A stretch of DNA of 64,000 bases from Thermodesulfobacteriota bacterium (lineage in GTDB: Bacteria; Desulfobacterota; Desulfobacteria; Desulfobacterales; SURF-7): positions 25,566 to 89,565 of the forward strand of contig JBMORA010000043.1 of NCBI GenBank assembly GCA_049320885.1, written 5' to 3'. Both the position numbers and the translations under genes were made by a program. This document shows positions 49,031 to 59,534 of the stretch, piece after piece. Under the pieces are notes generated by a model. It saw only the letters and a program-made list of their open reading frames with translations, did not search any database and was not told the DNA's origin. How positions within the stretch are numbered: the stretch's first letter is position 1; each line of letters begins with the position of its first letter.

Positions 49031-51553
49031 CTAGTCGGTCCGGCGAGCCGAAGGCTTGATTTTTCCGGTGCGTTCCAGGTCCCTGAGAACCAGGCGCAAT
49101 TCGGTGTAGGAAACATCGTCGCCCAGGGCCGCCTTGGCCGGGTTCAACTGGGGATTCCGGCTTTGCAAAAAATAGGCGGCGATGCGGTCGGCCTTGGCGG
49201 CTGTCACCAGCTGGTGGAGTTCCAACGCGCCTGTGCCCACGAAATGAGCCAGGTGGTCTTCCACGGTGGACCGGGCCAGCCCCCGGGCCGCGGCAATTTC
49301 CGCCGGGTTCCGGCCCTCCAGAAACAGCCGCAGGGACTCCTCCTTTGTCCCGGATTTTTTCTTTCCAGGAAGGATAGACGCACCCTTGATGTCCGCGGTG
49401 CTCGTTTCCGCGCCCCGGGACAAGTCATTTTCCCGGCAATAGCGGGCGACGATTTCCAGGAGTTCGCCGCCGAACCGCTTGCCTTTTTTACCCTTCAGTC
49501 CCTTGGCGGCGGTCAGTTGCGCTAGAGTGGACGGCAGTTGAGTGGCGATGGCCGCAAGGGCGCTGTTGTGCAGCACCCAGAAGGCCGGCTTGTCCTCCTG
49601 CTCCGCTTTTTCGGTCCGCCATTGTTTCAGCCGGCGGTACAATTCCGGATGGTCCATGGTGTCCGGCGACGGTTGCGCCTCCGGGGCGGGCTCTTTTTTG
49701 GCCGGTCCGTTCTGGAACAGGGCTCTGGCCCGGGCCTTGAGGTAATCGGCGAACACGATCCCGGAACGGCAGGCGTTGAGACAGAACAGTTTGGCGGAGG
49801 TCTCCTCCAGGAACGCGTTCATCGCCTTGGTCAGGGCCTTGCGCGCCTCCCGGTTGTCGGTCTCCACCGCAAGCCCCCGCAGATTGGCGGCCACCAGGGA
49901 TTCGAGCTTGCCGGAGAAGTAGTCGGCGGCCTTGGACACCCGTTCCTGGAGATGGGGGTCGGCTTCCGGATCCGCCACTTCCCGGACGATATGGGCCCGC
50001 TGCAGGGCGAATTTCTCCGCCACCCCGGTGATCTCCGCTTTCACCGAATCCGCCATGTGGCTGAACAAGGCCGGCGGCGGAGCGACCAGAATGGATTTAT
50101 GTTCGTTGGCGATCTTGATGCAGGTGAGCAGCTTCCGCCACAGGGCCGTGAAATCGAAGAGTTCATCCAGAAGCGCCAGCCGGTATTCCCGCGCGGCTTC
50201 CCGGAGCTGATCCCTTCCGGGTGGATTCCGTTCCACGGCGGCCGTGAACGCCCGCACCGTCTCGCTGGTCTTGATGCTGCCGGGTCGGATGGGACTGCTG
50301 AGCACCAGACCTTCCAGGGTGCGGCAGCGGCTCAGGGCCACATAGACCTGGCCGTCGGCGAAGGCGGCCTGGGAATCGATGATGGCCCGGTCGAAAGTCA
50401 GCCCCTGGCTCTTGTGAATGGTGATGGCCCAGGCCAGTTTCAGCGGGAACTGGACGAACTTGCCGGTTTCGGTTTCCTCGATTTCCTTGGTTTCTTCATT
50501 GATGCTGTATTTGACATTGCGCCATTCGGCCTTGGCGACGGTGATGGGCTCGTCGTCATCCGGACACTCCACCGTCAGCTCTTCCTCGCCGATCCGTTTC
50601 AGCCGGCCGATTTTGCCGTTGAAATACCGTTTCTCCGGCGCCCCGTCGTTTTTCACGAACATCACCTGAGCCCCGGGTTTGAGGGCCAGCCCCGAGGGCG
50701 CCGGAAACGCATATTCGGGGAACTCCCCCTCCACCGTGGCCTCGAACCGCCGCTCCCGGCCCGGCAGGGCGGCCAGCCGGGCCGCGTTGATCTCCCGGGC
50801 CTGCTGGTTGTGGGTGGTGAGGGTGATATAACCCGCCGGGGATTTTCCGGCGAAATCCGGATCATGACGCCGGTTCAGGGCCGAAAGGGTCCCGGCGTCC
50901 ATGCGGTTGTCCCGGACCCTGCCCAGGAGGTCGATGAAATGGGCGTCGCTCTGCCGGTAGATATGCTTCAGTTCGATGCATTCGAATCCGGCGGCCTTCA
51001 GGGCCTTGCTGCCGAAAAAAAACGGGGTGTCATAGCGGTCGCGCAGAATTTCCCATTCATCGGCCTTGACCACCGGCGCCAGTTGCAACAAGTCGCCGAT
51101 CATCAGCAACTGCACGCCGCCGAAGGGCAGCTCCCTGGCCCGGAGTCTGCGCAGCACGGCATCGACGCCGTCCAGGAGGTCGGCCCGGACCATGCTGATC
51201 TCGTCGATGACCAGCAGATCCAGGCTGCGGACGATGTGGATTTTTTCCCTGCTGAAGCGGTACTGGCTCCGGGGCCGCGCGGCGTCTCCGTCCCTGCCCG
51301 AAGTATCCGCATCCGGCAGCACGGGGCCGAAGGGCATCTGGAAAAACGAATGGATGGTGACGCCGCCGGCATTGACGGCGGCCACCCCCGTGGGCGCGAC
51401 AACGATCATGCGCTTGGGGGAACGCGCTTTCAGGGCGTGCAGAAACGTGGTTTTCCCGGTGCCGGCCTTGCCGGTGAGAAAAATGTTTTTGCCGGTATGT
51501 TCCACAAAATCAAAGGCCAGCCGGAGCTGGGGGTTCTCGACGGAATCGTTCAT
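49031..51553 (-). CDS. PIF1/RecD-like helicase with HRDC and C-terminal HTH domains
   Basis: TGKAGTGKTT, IDEISM, GDLLQL, AITIHKSQG, YVALSR; LKQWR..K HRDC; IAAARGLARSTVEDH. Confidence 0.92.
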   Translation of the reverse strand: MNDSVENPQLRLAFDFVEHTGKNIFLTGKAGTGKTTFLHALKARSPKRMIVVAPTGVAAVNAGGVTIHSFFQMPFGPVLPDADTSGRDGDAARPRSQYRFSREKIHIVRSLDLLVIDEISMVRADLLDGVDAVLRRLRARELPFGGVQLLMIGDLLQLAPVVKADEWEILRDRYDTPFFFGSKALKAAGFECIELKHIYRQSDAHFIDLLGRVRDNRMDAGTLSALNRRHDPDFAGKSPAGYITLTTHNQQAREINAARLAALPGRERRFEATVEGEFPEYAFPAPSGLALKPGAQVMFVKNDGAPEKRYFNGKIGRLKRIGEEELTVECPDDDEPITVAKAEWRNVKYSINEETKEIEETETGKFVQFPLKLAWAITIHKSQGLTFDRAIIDSQAAFADGQVYVALSRCRTLEGLVLSSPIRPGSIKTSETVRAFTAAVERNPPGRDQLREAAREYRLALLDELFDFTALWRKLLTCIKIANEHKSILVAPPPALFSHMADSVKAEITGVAEKFALQRAHIVREVADPEADPHLQERVSKAADYFSGKLESLVAANLRGLAVETDNREARKALTKAMNAFLEETSAKLFCLNACRSGIVFADYLKARARALFQNGPAKKEPAPEAQPSPDTMDHPELYRRLKQWRTEKAEQEDKPAFWVLHNSALAAIATQLPSTLAQLTAAKGLKGKKGKRFGGELLEIVARYCRENDLSRGAETSTADIKGASILPGKKKSGTKEESLRLFLEGRNPAEIAAARGLARSTVEDHLAHFVGTGALELHQLVTAAKADRIAAYFLQSRNPQLNPAKAALGDDVSYTELRLVLRDLERTGKIKPSARRTD

Positions 51554-51665
51554 GGATTTTTCTCGCCTGGATGACCAGACCCAAGCGTCATCCGTTTATG
51601 TTATCTTCCGGAAGGGGGAAAAGGCGTGAACCCGGAAACCAACCCGGGACCTGGCGCCATGCTTA

Positions 51666-51730
51666 TCAATATGCGCTGAAATTGTAAAGCGCATATTGAC
51701 ACGGTTACGTCGCTTTCATATAGTGAAAGC
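51666..51730 (+). promoter_or_regulatory. Sigma70 promoter overlapped by two inverted repeats
   Basis: TTGACA 51696-17 bp-TATAGT 51719; TCAATATGCGCT/AGCGCATATTGA and GCTTTCA/TGAAAGC. Confidence 0.75.
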
Positions 51731-51766
51731 AACCACAGAAGAGGGAGCCACAGAAAAGGGAGACCG

Positions 51767-52039
51767 ATGAAACAATACAAAAAAAACGTCAATGTCATCA
51801 TCGAGGCCACCAACGGCGTCCGATATAGAGGCAAGCTCAATCTCAAGGCGGAAATCGAGCCCATCGACCGGCTCAGCGATCTGTTCGTGAAGGGCAAGAA
51901 TCCCTTTGTCACCCTCTACGGGGTAACGGCCCAGGGCAGCAACAAGGTGGTCATTCTGAACAAATCCCATATTGTCGCCGTGATGCCGGACGGCGAGGAT
52001 GTCATTGAAGACGAATCCGAGATCGTCGTTCAGAAGTAA
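51767..52039 (+). CDS. Small conserved hypothetical protein (DUF6812-like)
   Basis: RGKLNL..RLSDLF..PFVTL..ILNKSHIVAV; GGAG RBS. Confidence 0.8.
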   Translation: MKQYKKNVNVIIEATNGVRYRGKLNLKAEIEPIDRLSDLFVKGKNPFVTLYGVTAQGSNKVVILNKSHIVAVMPDGEDVIEDESEIVVQK

Positions 52040-52106
52040 GCCGCGACCGGCGTAAGCGGACCCGATTTTTCCCTGCCAAGGCGGCCGACCCGGACCGCTT
52101 TTCCGG

Positions 52107-54551
52107 TCAATCCGCTGCCCGGTGAGCGGGAGCCGGCTCTCTTTCCGTCAGCAGGGCGATGGTCCCGCGGATTTCCTCGTCGGTCACGTTTGTCCGCAAG
52201 TTTTCCATTTCGTTCATCACCCTGGCGAACCGAATACCCTCCGCGGCGCTGATCCAGGCCAACTGTAGCCGTTCCGGACGAATCCCCTTCTTTTCCATTT
52301 TCCGGCGGACTTTCTCGATCCGTTTTTCCGTCCAGTGGTTGGCGTTGATGTAATGGCAATCACCGATATGACAGCCGCTCACCAGGATCACGGGCGCGCC
52401 CTTCGCCAGCGCATGCCAGATGAATTTTTCGTCCACCCGGCCCGAGCACATGGTCCGGATCAGCCGGGCGTTGGCCGGATACTGCAGCCGCGACACGCCT
52501 GCGAAATCCGCGCCCGCATAGGAACACCAGTTGCAGGCGAAGGTCAGGATCTTCCCGCCGGGATTTTCCGCCAGCATGGCGTCGATCTGCCGGATAATCT
52601 GCTCGTCGGTGTAATGCTTCATGACGATGGCGCCGAAGGCGCATTCCGCCGCGCAGGTGCCGCATCCGGCGCAGGCGGCGCTGTTGACCACGGCCGGGAT
52701 CTTCTTCTTCGGATCCACAGTGATGGCGTTGTAGGGGCAGACCTCGGCGCATTTGCCGCAGGCCCGGCACTGGGACTCGATGACCTCGGAGGTGATGGGT
52801 TCGGAAGAAATCGTCCCCTTGTGCATCAGGCGAATGGCCCGGGCCGCGGCCGCGGAACCCTGGGTGACGCTTTCCTTGATATCCTTGGGCCCCTCGGCGC
52901 AGCCGGCGTAGAAAATCCCGCGGGTGGCCGCGTCCACTGGCTGGAGTTTGGGATGGGCTTCCAGGAAGAAGCCGTCCGGCGTCAATTGCAGTCCCAGCAT
53001 TTCCTGCAATTTCCGGGCTCCGGCGGCAGGCTGCATGCCGATGGCCAGCACCAGGAGATCCAGATCGTGATATTCGATCCGGCCGGTGGCCGTATTTTCC
53101 ACCGCCACCCGCATGCCGCCGTCCGGAAGTTCTTCCACAGTTCCCGGCAGACCCCGCAGGTATTCCACCCCCAGACTCCGGCTGCGGTTGTAGAGTTCCT
53201 CGAAACCCTTGCCGAAGGCGCGGATATCGGTATAGAAAATCTTGACGGCCATATCCGGATCATGTTCCTTCAGCACCAGGCTGGCTTTGATGGTGTTCAT
53301 GCAGCAGATGTTGGAGCAGTATTGGCCGCCCTTGCGCCTGGAGCGGGAGCCCACGCACTGGATGAACCCCACGGATTGGGGATGCTTCCGGTCCCCGGGC
53401 CGGATCAGGGAGCCCTGGGTGGGACCGCCGGCGTTCATCAGGCGTTCCAGCTCCAGGCTGGTGACCACGTTTTCAAAACGGGTGTAGCCGTATTCGTCCA
53501 TCTCCCGGGGATCGTAGGGCTCCAGCCCCGCGGCCACCACAATGGAGCCCACCGTCACCTGGAATTCCTGGTCGGACATGTGAAACTGGATGCATTTCTT
53601 GTCGCAGGCGTCCAGGCATTTGGAACAGCCGCGTCCCATGCATTCATCCATGTTGATGACATAGGCGGAGGGCACCGCCTGGGGAAACGGGATATGCACG
53701 GCCTTGCGGGAGGAAAGGCCCATATTGAATTCATCCGGGAACACTACCGGACAGGCCTTGGCGCATTCGCCGCAGGACGTGCAGGCCTTCTCGTCCACAT
53801 ACCGGGCCCGTTTGACGATTTTCACGTTGAAGTTGCCGACATAACCGCTGACGCCGGCCACTTCGCTCATGGTATGCAGGGTGATATTGGGATGTCGACC
53901 GACATCCGCCATCTTCGGCCCGAGAATTCAGATGGAACAGTCCATGGTCGGGAAGGTCTTGTCCAACTGGGCCATGATCCCGCCGATGGAGGGATTCCTT
54001 TCCACCAGCACCACTTCGTAGCCGTTGTCGGCCAGATCCAGGGCCGCCTGGATGCCCGCGACTCCGCCGCCGATCACCAGGGTCCGTTTGGTCAGGGGGA
54101 TGGTCTCCTCCACCAGGGGCTTCAGCAATCCCACCCGGGCAACGGACATGCGCACCAGGTCCTCCGCCTTGGCCGTGGCCTCGGCGGGCGCCTGCATGTG
54201 GACCCAGCTGCACTGTTCCCGCAGATTGGCCATTTCCAGCAGATACGGGTTGAGGTCCGCCTGGAGCATCATGCGGCGGAACGTGGGCTCATGAAGCCGC
54301 GGAGAACAGGAGGCCACCACCACGCGGTCCAGCCCTTGCTCCCGGATGTCTTCCTTGATCTCCATCTGACCTGGTTCCGAACAGGCGTAGGTGATTTCCT
54401 TGGCAACGATCACCCCGTCGATGGATTTGACGTTCCGGGCGACCTGTTCACAGTCCACGGTCTGGGCGATATTCAACCCGCAGCGGCAGACATAGACGCC
54501 GATCCGCGGCCGGTCCGCATCCGGAGTTGTTTCAGGCTTGTTGGTCCTCAT
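52107..54551 (-). CDS. hdrA: HdrA-MvhD fusion, predicted selenoprotein (UGA 53928-53930)
   Basis: The two tracked ORFs are in frame: KTFPTMDCSI-UGA-ILGPK-MADVGRHPNI; GGGVAG, QCVGSR, CSNICC, C-terminal CNWCSY and MCSGRV MvhD domain. Confidence 0.93.
53890..53907 (-). promoter_or_regulatory. Bacterial SECIS-like hairpin
   Basis: GGATGTC-GGTC-GACATCC starting 20 nt after the UGA. Confidence 0.78.
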
Positions 54552-54588
54552 CTTCCAATTCCTTTGAACAAATATGGTTTCATCATGA

Positions 54589-56187
54589 TTACTCCCAGCA
54601 GATGGTCCTGGCGATCAGGCTGGTCAGATCGGTCATTTCCATCTTCAACTCCTCTCCTGCAAACGGATCCTCCATGGCGCAGCGCAGATGGATCTGGCAT
54701 TTGGGACAGGAGGTCACCACCAGTTCGCTGCCGGTGTCCCGGGCCTGGCGGATGCGTTTGACCTGCAGAGCTTTGCTGTAGGCGTCGCAGCCGGTCCAGG
54801 CGCAGTTGCCGCAGCAGAGGGCCGAACGGCCGGTGTCCTGCATTTCCGCGAAGCGATCCACTGCGAGCCGCCGGATCAGCTTGCGGGGCAAATCCCGCGC
54901 GGTTTCCATCCGGTTCAACCGGCAGGAGTCCTGATAGGTGATGCGGTGCGGCAGGGGGTTGAACTTCACCGCCCCCTTGTCGATTTCCCGTTCCAGGAAG
55001 GCATACAGGTGGGTGACGGCAAAACCGGGCGTGACCCCCTGTTTCGCGTATTCGAACCCGATGGTCTGATAGCATTCGGGGCAGGCGGTGATCACGGTCT
55101 CGATGCCCAGATCCTGGATCATCTCCACATTCAGCCTCGCCAGCCGCAGAAAATTCCGTCTATCCCCCGACCACAGCAGATCATGCCCGCAACAGCGTTC
55201 CCACTCCAGCAGCCGCGGCCGGACGTCGAAAAAATTGAGCAGCCGCAGGGCATCGGCGACGATGTCCATGGTCTTGACATCCTGGTGTTTCCGGAAAAAA
55301 GCGTCGAAATACGGCGCGCAGCCGGCGAAAAAGAGGGTCTTGCTCCCGGAATCCGTCCGGATATCCTCCGGCAGCCCGTTCCAGCGGTCCGGCGCAAGGC
55401 CCGGGGAAGTCATGGTCCGCATCAGGGACTGGAAAAAACCCCCATGGGGCTGGCAGCGATCCTGATCGATTTCGTTCTGCCGGAGCAGGCAGCGCATATC
55501 CCGGATGAATTCCGGGAAATTCACATCCGACGGGCACCTTTCATAACAGACCCCGCAGGTCAGGCAGGCATATATATCGGCCCGCACTTTTTCGGCGGCG
55601 CCGTTCCCCCGGATGATATCGCTCACCAGATTGCGGGGCGAGTAAGCCTTGCCGCTGAGAGCCAATGGACAGGAGGCCGTGCATTTGCCGCAGTCCTGAC
55701 AGCTGTAGGCATTGTGACGGGAAAGGATATCGCGGACCGATTCCCCCCGGGGAAGGTCGTCGTCCCCGGTTCCGGCCGGCAGTACCGGACTTTTTCCCAT
55801 CTTTTGGATTTGTGCGCTGAAATCGCCCAGGAATTCCTTCAGGGCCGCGCTTTCATCGGGCAGAAACGTCGCCAGCCGCAGGCGTTCCTGTCCGATCCCC
55901 AACAGACGCAGGATGTTGCGGGTGTCCCCGGTATTGTCCCGGGCAGCCATGGCGCCGCTGCCGTACCGGCAGGAACCGGAGCTGCAGCCCACCACGGCGA
56001 CGCCGTCGGCGCCCATTTCAAACGCCTTGAACAGGAGCGCCTTGGTGATGCGCCCGGTGCAGGGAATCAGCACCATCTTCACTTCCGCCGGTATCTGGTA
56101 CCCGTTGTCCTGGAGCTGCTGATAGGCGGCGTGGGGTCCCCAGTTGCATAAAAACAGAATGATCTTGTGCTTCTCCGTCGCTTTCAT
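54589..56187 (-). CDS. MvhD-HdrD fusion (2Fe-2S, 2x4Fe-4S and CCG domains)
   Basis: FLCNW, IPCTGR, GADGV..GC..SC; two CxxCxxCxxxCP; RCCG and LCCG. Confidence 0.88.
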   Translation of the reverse strand: MKATEKHKIILFLCNWGPHAAYQQLQDNGYQIPAEVKMVLIPCTGRITKALLFKAFEMGADGVAVVGCSSGSCRYGSGAMAARDNTGDTRNILRLLGIGQERLRLATFLPDESAALKEFLGDFSAQIQKMGKSPVLPAGTGDDDLPRGESVRDILSRHNAYSCQDCGKCTASCPLALSGKAYSPRNLVSDIIRGNGAAEKVRADIYACLTCGVCYERCPSDVNFPEFIRDMRCLLRQNEIDQDRCQPHGGFFQSLMRTMTSPGLAPDRWNGLPEDIRTDSGSKTLFFAGCAPYFDAFFRKHQDVKTMDIVADALRLLNFFDVRPRLLEWERCCGHDLLWSGDRRNFLRLARLNVEMIQDLGIETVITACPECYQTIGFEYAKQGVTPGFAVTHLYAFLEREIDKGAVKFNPLPHRITYQDSCRLNRMETARDLPRKLIRRLAVDRFAEMQDTGRSALCCGNCAWTGCDAYSKALQVKRIRQARDTGSELVVTSCPKCQIHLRCAMEDPFAGEELKMEMTDLTSLIARTICWE

Positions 56188-59100
56188 GTCAAAATTTCCT
56201 CGAGGGTCCGTTCAAAAAAGACCTGGCTGCGGTAGGGGCTGTCGGCAGCCCCGGTGGGGCAGACCGAAGCGCAGTTGCCGCATCCCTTGCAAAAGGCCTC
56301 GTCGACCCATGCCTGGTATCCGCCGATTTCGTTTGGCCGCAGGACAACCGCCTGGTAGGGGCAGACGTCCGCGCACCGGCCGCAACCGCGGCACAGATCC
56401 GGACGCACGGTGACCGTATATCCCTTGCTTTTTCGCGGGCCGCGCGGCATGACGGCCGCCGCCAGAACCGCCGCGGCATCCCCTTTCAGTTTGCCGGAAA
56501 TCCGGATGCCGGGGGGATTGGCCAGGAACAGACCGGCGATGGAAGTCATTCCAGGGTAGAACTGGGGAATGCCGTCCGCTCCCCGCTGCTGCATGGCCCA
56601 GATGACCTCCCGTCTGGGCATGCCCTCCTGGCGCGCGTATCCGATCCGGTTCCGGGCCTTTTCCCCCATGATGACGGCGCCCACATGAATGCTCTGCCGC
56701 AGTTCCGCGGTGCGGACATCCAGTTTGAAATCCCCCAGGGTCCCGCTGATGCCCTCCACAACGGCTTTCTGGAAGCAATGGATGTTCGGATAGTCCCGCG
56801 TCTCCTCCGGCGGGGTTTCGCCGCCGATGAACATGAAGACGTCCATGCCGGTCCGGGCCAGGGTGACGGCGCTCCGGACCGCGGCCTCCGATTCCCCCAC
56901 CACCGCAGCGGCAAAATGGTGGTTCCGGACCGGTGAGGGAAACGGTTTCAGGGTCCGGGCGCTGTGGATGGACCGGACCAGCAGGCCTTTCAACTTCAGG
57001 GCCGCCTGTTCCGGGTCTTTCCGCAGCACGGTCAAGGCCTCCCCCCGGATATTGCGGGTCACCACCATGGCGCGGCTGACGCCGGTGGCGGTGAAAAGCG
57101 CATGCTTCAGGCGGCTGCGCTGATCCGTGCAGGCGCTGCAGGCGAAATCCAGGGAACAGCAGAGGCAGGAACCCAGCACCATGCGGGTAATGCCCTTGTC
57201 GCGGACCGTCCGGATGATGGCGGCGGCGCCTTCCGGCACACAGGCCGAGGTCAGCACTTCGGCATGGACCACGTTTTTGTGCCCATACAGATCCCGGACC
57301 AGTTGATCCAGGTCTTCCGACCAGCCCAGGGAGCGGTTGCAGTTGCAGACGAACACGCCGATGCGTTTCGGCTCGGCAATGGTGGGATCCGGCGGAAGAT
57401 AGGAGATCCCGTGACCCTTCTGAATGGTCAGGGCCCCGCCCAGAAGAAGCATGGCCTGGGCCGCGGCGGCGAATCCGCGCATGATCAGGGTATACACGTC
57501 GGCCTGGGAGGTTTTGCCTCCGTACGCCCGGATGACGTCGTCGCCCCGCACCGTCGGCGTCATGGCCGGATCCGCGACGATAATGACGCCGGCGTGTTCG
57601 ATGACGGTCCGTTCCTCCTCGTCGTGACGGATCGCCCGGATATTTCCGCAGACGGCATGGCATTCCAGGCATTCGGAACAGACCCCGCATTGGAGGCAGC
57701 GCTGGGATTCATAGATCACATCGCTTTCGGCCAGCCCCAGAGCCACTTCATCGAAATTGTCCCGGCGCACGGCGGCGCGTTTTTCCGGCATGGGCGTGCG
57801 TTTCCGCAGGGGAATATCGGCGCCGATCTCCGGAAAATCCTTGTCCGCGGGACGCCTGGGACGGTCCCCGTCCAGCCGGATCCGGCAGGCATCGAAGAGC
57901 ATCTGGTCCGCGGCCCGCTTGCCCTGGGCCATGGCCTTCACCACCGAAGAAGGGCCGCCCACGCCGTCACCGGCGGCATAGACCCCTTCCAGATTCGTCC
58001 GGAAACCGTCGGCCACCGCGATGTATCCGTTCCCGCCCGTTGTGAGGACGCCTGCCGGCAAATCCGGAGCCGTCTGCCCGATGGCCACGAAGGCCCGGTC
58101 GAAATCCAGCCGGAAAGGCTGGCTGTCCTTCACCAGCACCGGCCAGGCGATCCCGTTTTCATCCGGCTCTCCCGGCCGGGTGAGCTGGCAGCGCAGGCGC
58201 CGGAAACGGCCGTTGTCGCCTTCGAAGGCGATGACCCGGGTCCGGTCGATGATCTCGATGCCTTCCTCCCGGGCGCCCCTGATCTCTTCCGGTTCCGCGG
58301 GAATCCGGTCGTGCTCGAACCAGGAGATCAGGGTGACCCGGGCGCCCAGACGCGCCAAAGTGCGGGCCAGATCAAAGGCCGCGTTGCCGTCGCCGATGAC
58401 CGCCACTTTTTCCGGCAGGGAGGTGATCTCCCTCCGATAGATGCGGTTCAGAACCGACAGACACCCCTCCACCCCCGTCAAATCCTCGCCTTCCATGCCG
58501 AGCTTCCGGTCCTTCCATGATCCGGTGGCAATGAGAACGCCGTCCGCCTCCTTCCGCATGGAATCCAGCCCGGAGGCCAGATCCACGGGACGACCGGTGA
58601 TGAATTCCACACCCAGCTGCTGAATATAGTGGAGCTCGGCATCCAGAATCGCCCGGGGAAGACGGTGGGGACCGATGCCGTAGCGCAGCAATCCTCCCGC
58701 CTCCTCTTCCTTTTCATAAACCCGGACCCGGCAGCCGGACTTCGCCAACCGGGCCGCGGCAGCCAGTCCCGCCGGCCCGGATCCGATCACCACAAAGGTT
58801 TCCTGCCGTTTTTCGGCGGTTTTCGGCGGCTGGATGCGCTCCGGATGCCGGGCCTCGTAATCGGCCAGAAAGCGCTTGACGGCCCGGATGGAAACCGGTT
58901 CGTCCACCTGCTCCCTGCGGCAGGCGTCCTCGCAGGGATGGGTGCAGATCCGCCCGCAGATGCCGGGCAGGATGTTTTCCTCCCGGATCAGGGCCAGGGC
59001 CTCTTCGTATTTCCCCGCCCGGGTCAAGGCGATATACCCCTGGGCGTTCACCCCCAGCGGGCAGTTTTCCCGGCAGAGGGGCTGGCGGCGCTTGTCGATC

Positions 59101-59534
59101 GCAGGTCTTCCCGGCAGACTGAAACGCCCGGTGAACTTGACGGCTTTCTCCCCCGGACCCGCATCCACGGGACAGACCGCGGCGCAGGCCCCGCACAGGA
59201 TGCACCGCTCCGGATCCACGAAGGTCGGTTGGCGCGTCAGGGTGACGCTGAAACCCTGGGGATCATGCCGGATGGCGTCCACCCGGGCCGGCAGCACACA
59301 ATTGATCCGGGAATTCCGCAGAATCCGGATCAAGCCCGGACGGTGGGCGTAATTGAACGGAATACCCGAGGCGAGCCGCCATTCCTCGCCGGCGAGTTTT
59401 TGATCCAGATCCGCCGCCCCATCCACCAGGGTGACCGGAATGCCCAGTTCACCGAGTTTGTTGACAGCGGCGATTCCCGACGGCGTGGCGCCGAAAACCA
59501 TGACTTTGTGTAAACGATCCTTGGGGCGTGTCAT
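56184..59534 (-). CDS. HdrL-like flavoprotein (HdrA segments around a GltD/NfnA-like NAD(P)H oxidoreductase)
   Basis: CRENCP, CGRICTHPCEDAC, GSGPAG, GDGNAA, AAGD, RCLQCG, GVFVCNC, terminal ferredoxin motifs. Confidence 0.82.
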   Translation of the reverse strand: MTRPKDRLHKVMVFGATPSGIAAVNKLGELGIPVTLVDGAADLDQKLAGEEWRLASGIPFNYAHRPGLIRILRNSRINCVLPARVDAIRHDPQGFSVTLTRQPTFVDPERCILCGACAAVCPVDAGPGEKAVKFTGRFSLPGRPAIDKRRQPLCRENCPLGVNAQGYIALTRAGKYEEALALIREENILPGICGRICTHPCEDACRREQVDEPVSIRAVKRFLADYEARHPERIQPPKTAEKRQETFVVIGSGPAGLAAAARLAKSGCRVRVYEKEEEAGGLLRYGIGPHRLPRAILDAELHYIQQLGVEFITGRPVDLASGLDSMRKEADGVLIATGSWKDRKLGMEGEDLTGVEGCLSVLNRIYRREITSLPEKVAVIGDGNAAFDLARTLARLGARVTLISWFEHDRIPAEPEEIRGAREEGIEIIDRTRVIAFEGDNGRFRRLRCQLTRPGEPDENGIAWPVLVKDSQPFRLDFDRAFVAIGQTAPDLPAGVLTTGGNGYIAVADGFRTNLEGVYAAGDGVGGPSSVVKAMAQGKRAADQMLFDACRIRLDGDRPRRPADKDFPEIGADIPLRKRTPMPEKRAAVRRDNFDEVALGLAESDVIYESQRCLQCGVCSECLECHAVCGNIRAIRHDEEERTVIEHAGVIIVADPAMTPTVRGDDVIRAYGGKTSQADVYTLIMRGFAAAAQAMLLLGGALTIQKGHGISYLPPDPTIAEPKRIGVFVCNCNRSLGWSEDLDQLVRDLYGHKNVVHAEVLTSACVPEGAAAIIRTVRDKGITRMVLGSCLCCSLDFACSACTDQRSRLKHALFTATGVSRAMVVTRNIRGEALTVLRKDPEQAALKLKGLLVRSIHSARTLKPFPSPVRNHHFAAAVVGESEAAVRSAVTLARTGMDVFMFIGGETPPEETRDYPNIHCFQKAVVEGISGTLGDFKLDVRTAELRQSIHVGAVIMGEKARNRIGYARQEGMPRREVIWAMQQRGADGIPQFYPGMTSIAGLFLANPPGIRISGKLKGDAAAVLAAAVMPRGPRKSKGYTVTVRPDLCRGCGRCADVCPYQAVVLRPNEIGGYQAWVDEAFCKGCGNCASVCPTGAADSPYRSQVFFERTLEEILT

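Noticed and set aside
53913..53930. hdrA as a nonsense pseudogene or split gene
   Set aside because: The stop is UGA at a conserved Cys, the frame continues and a SECIS-like hairpin follows
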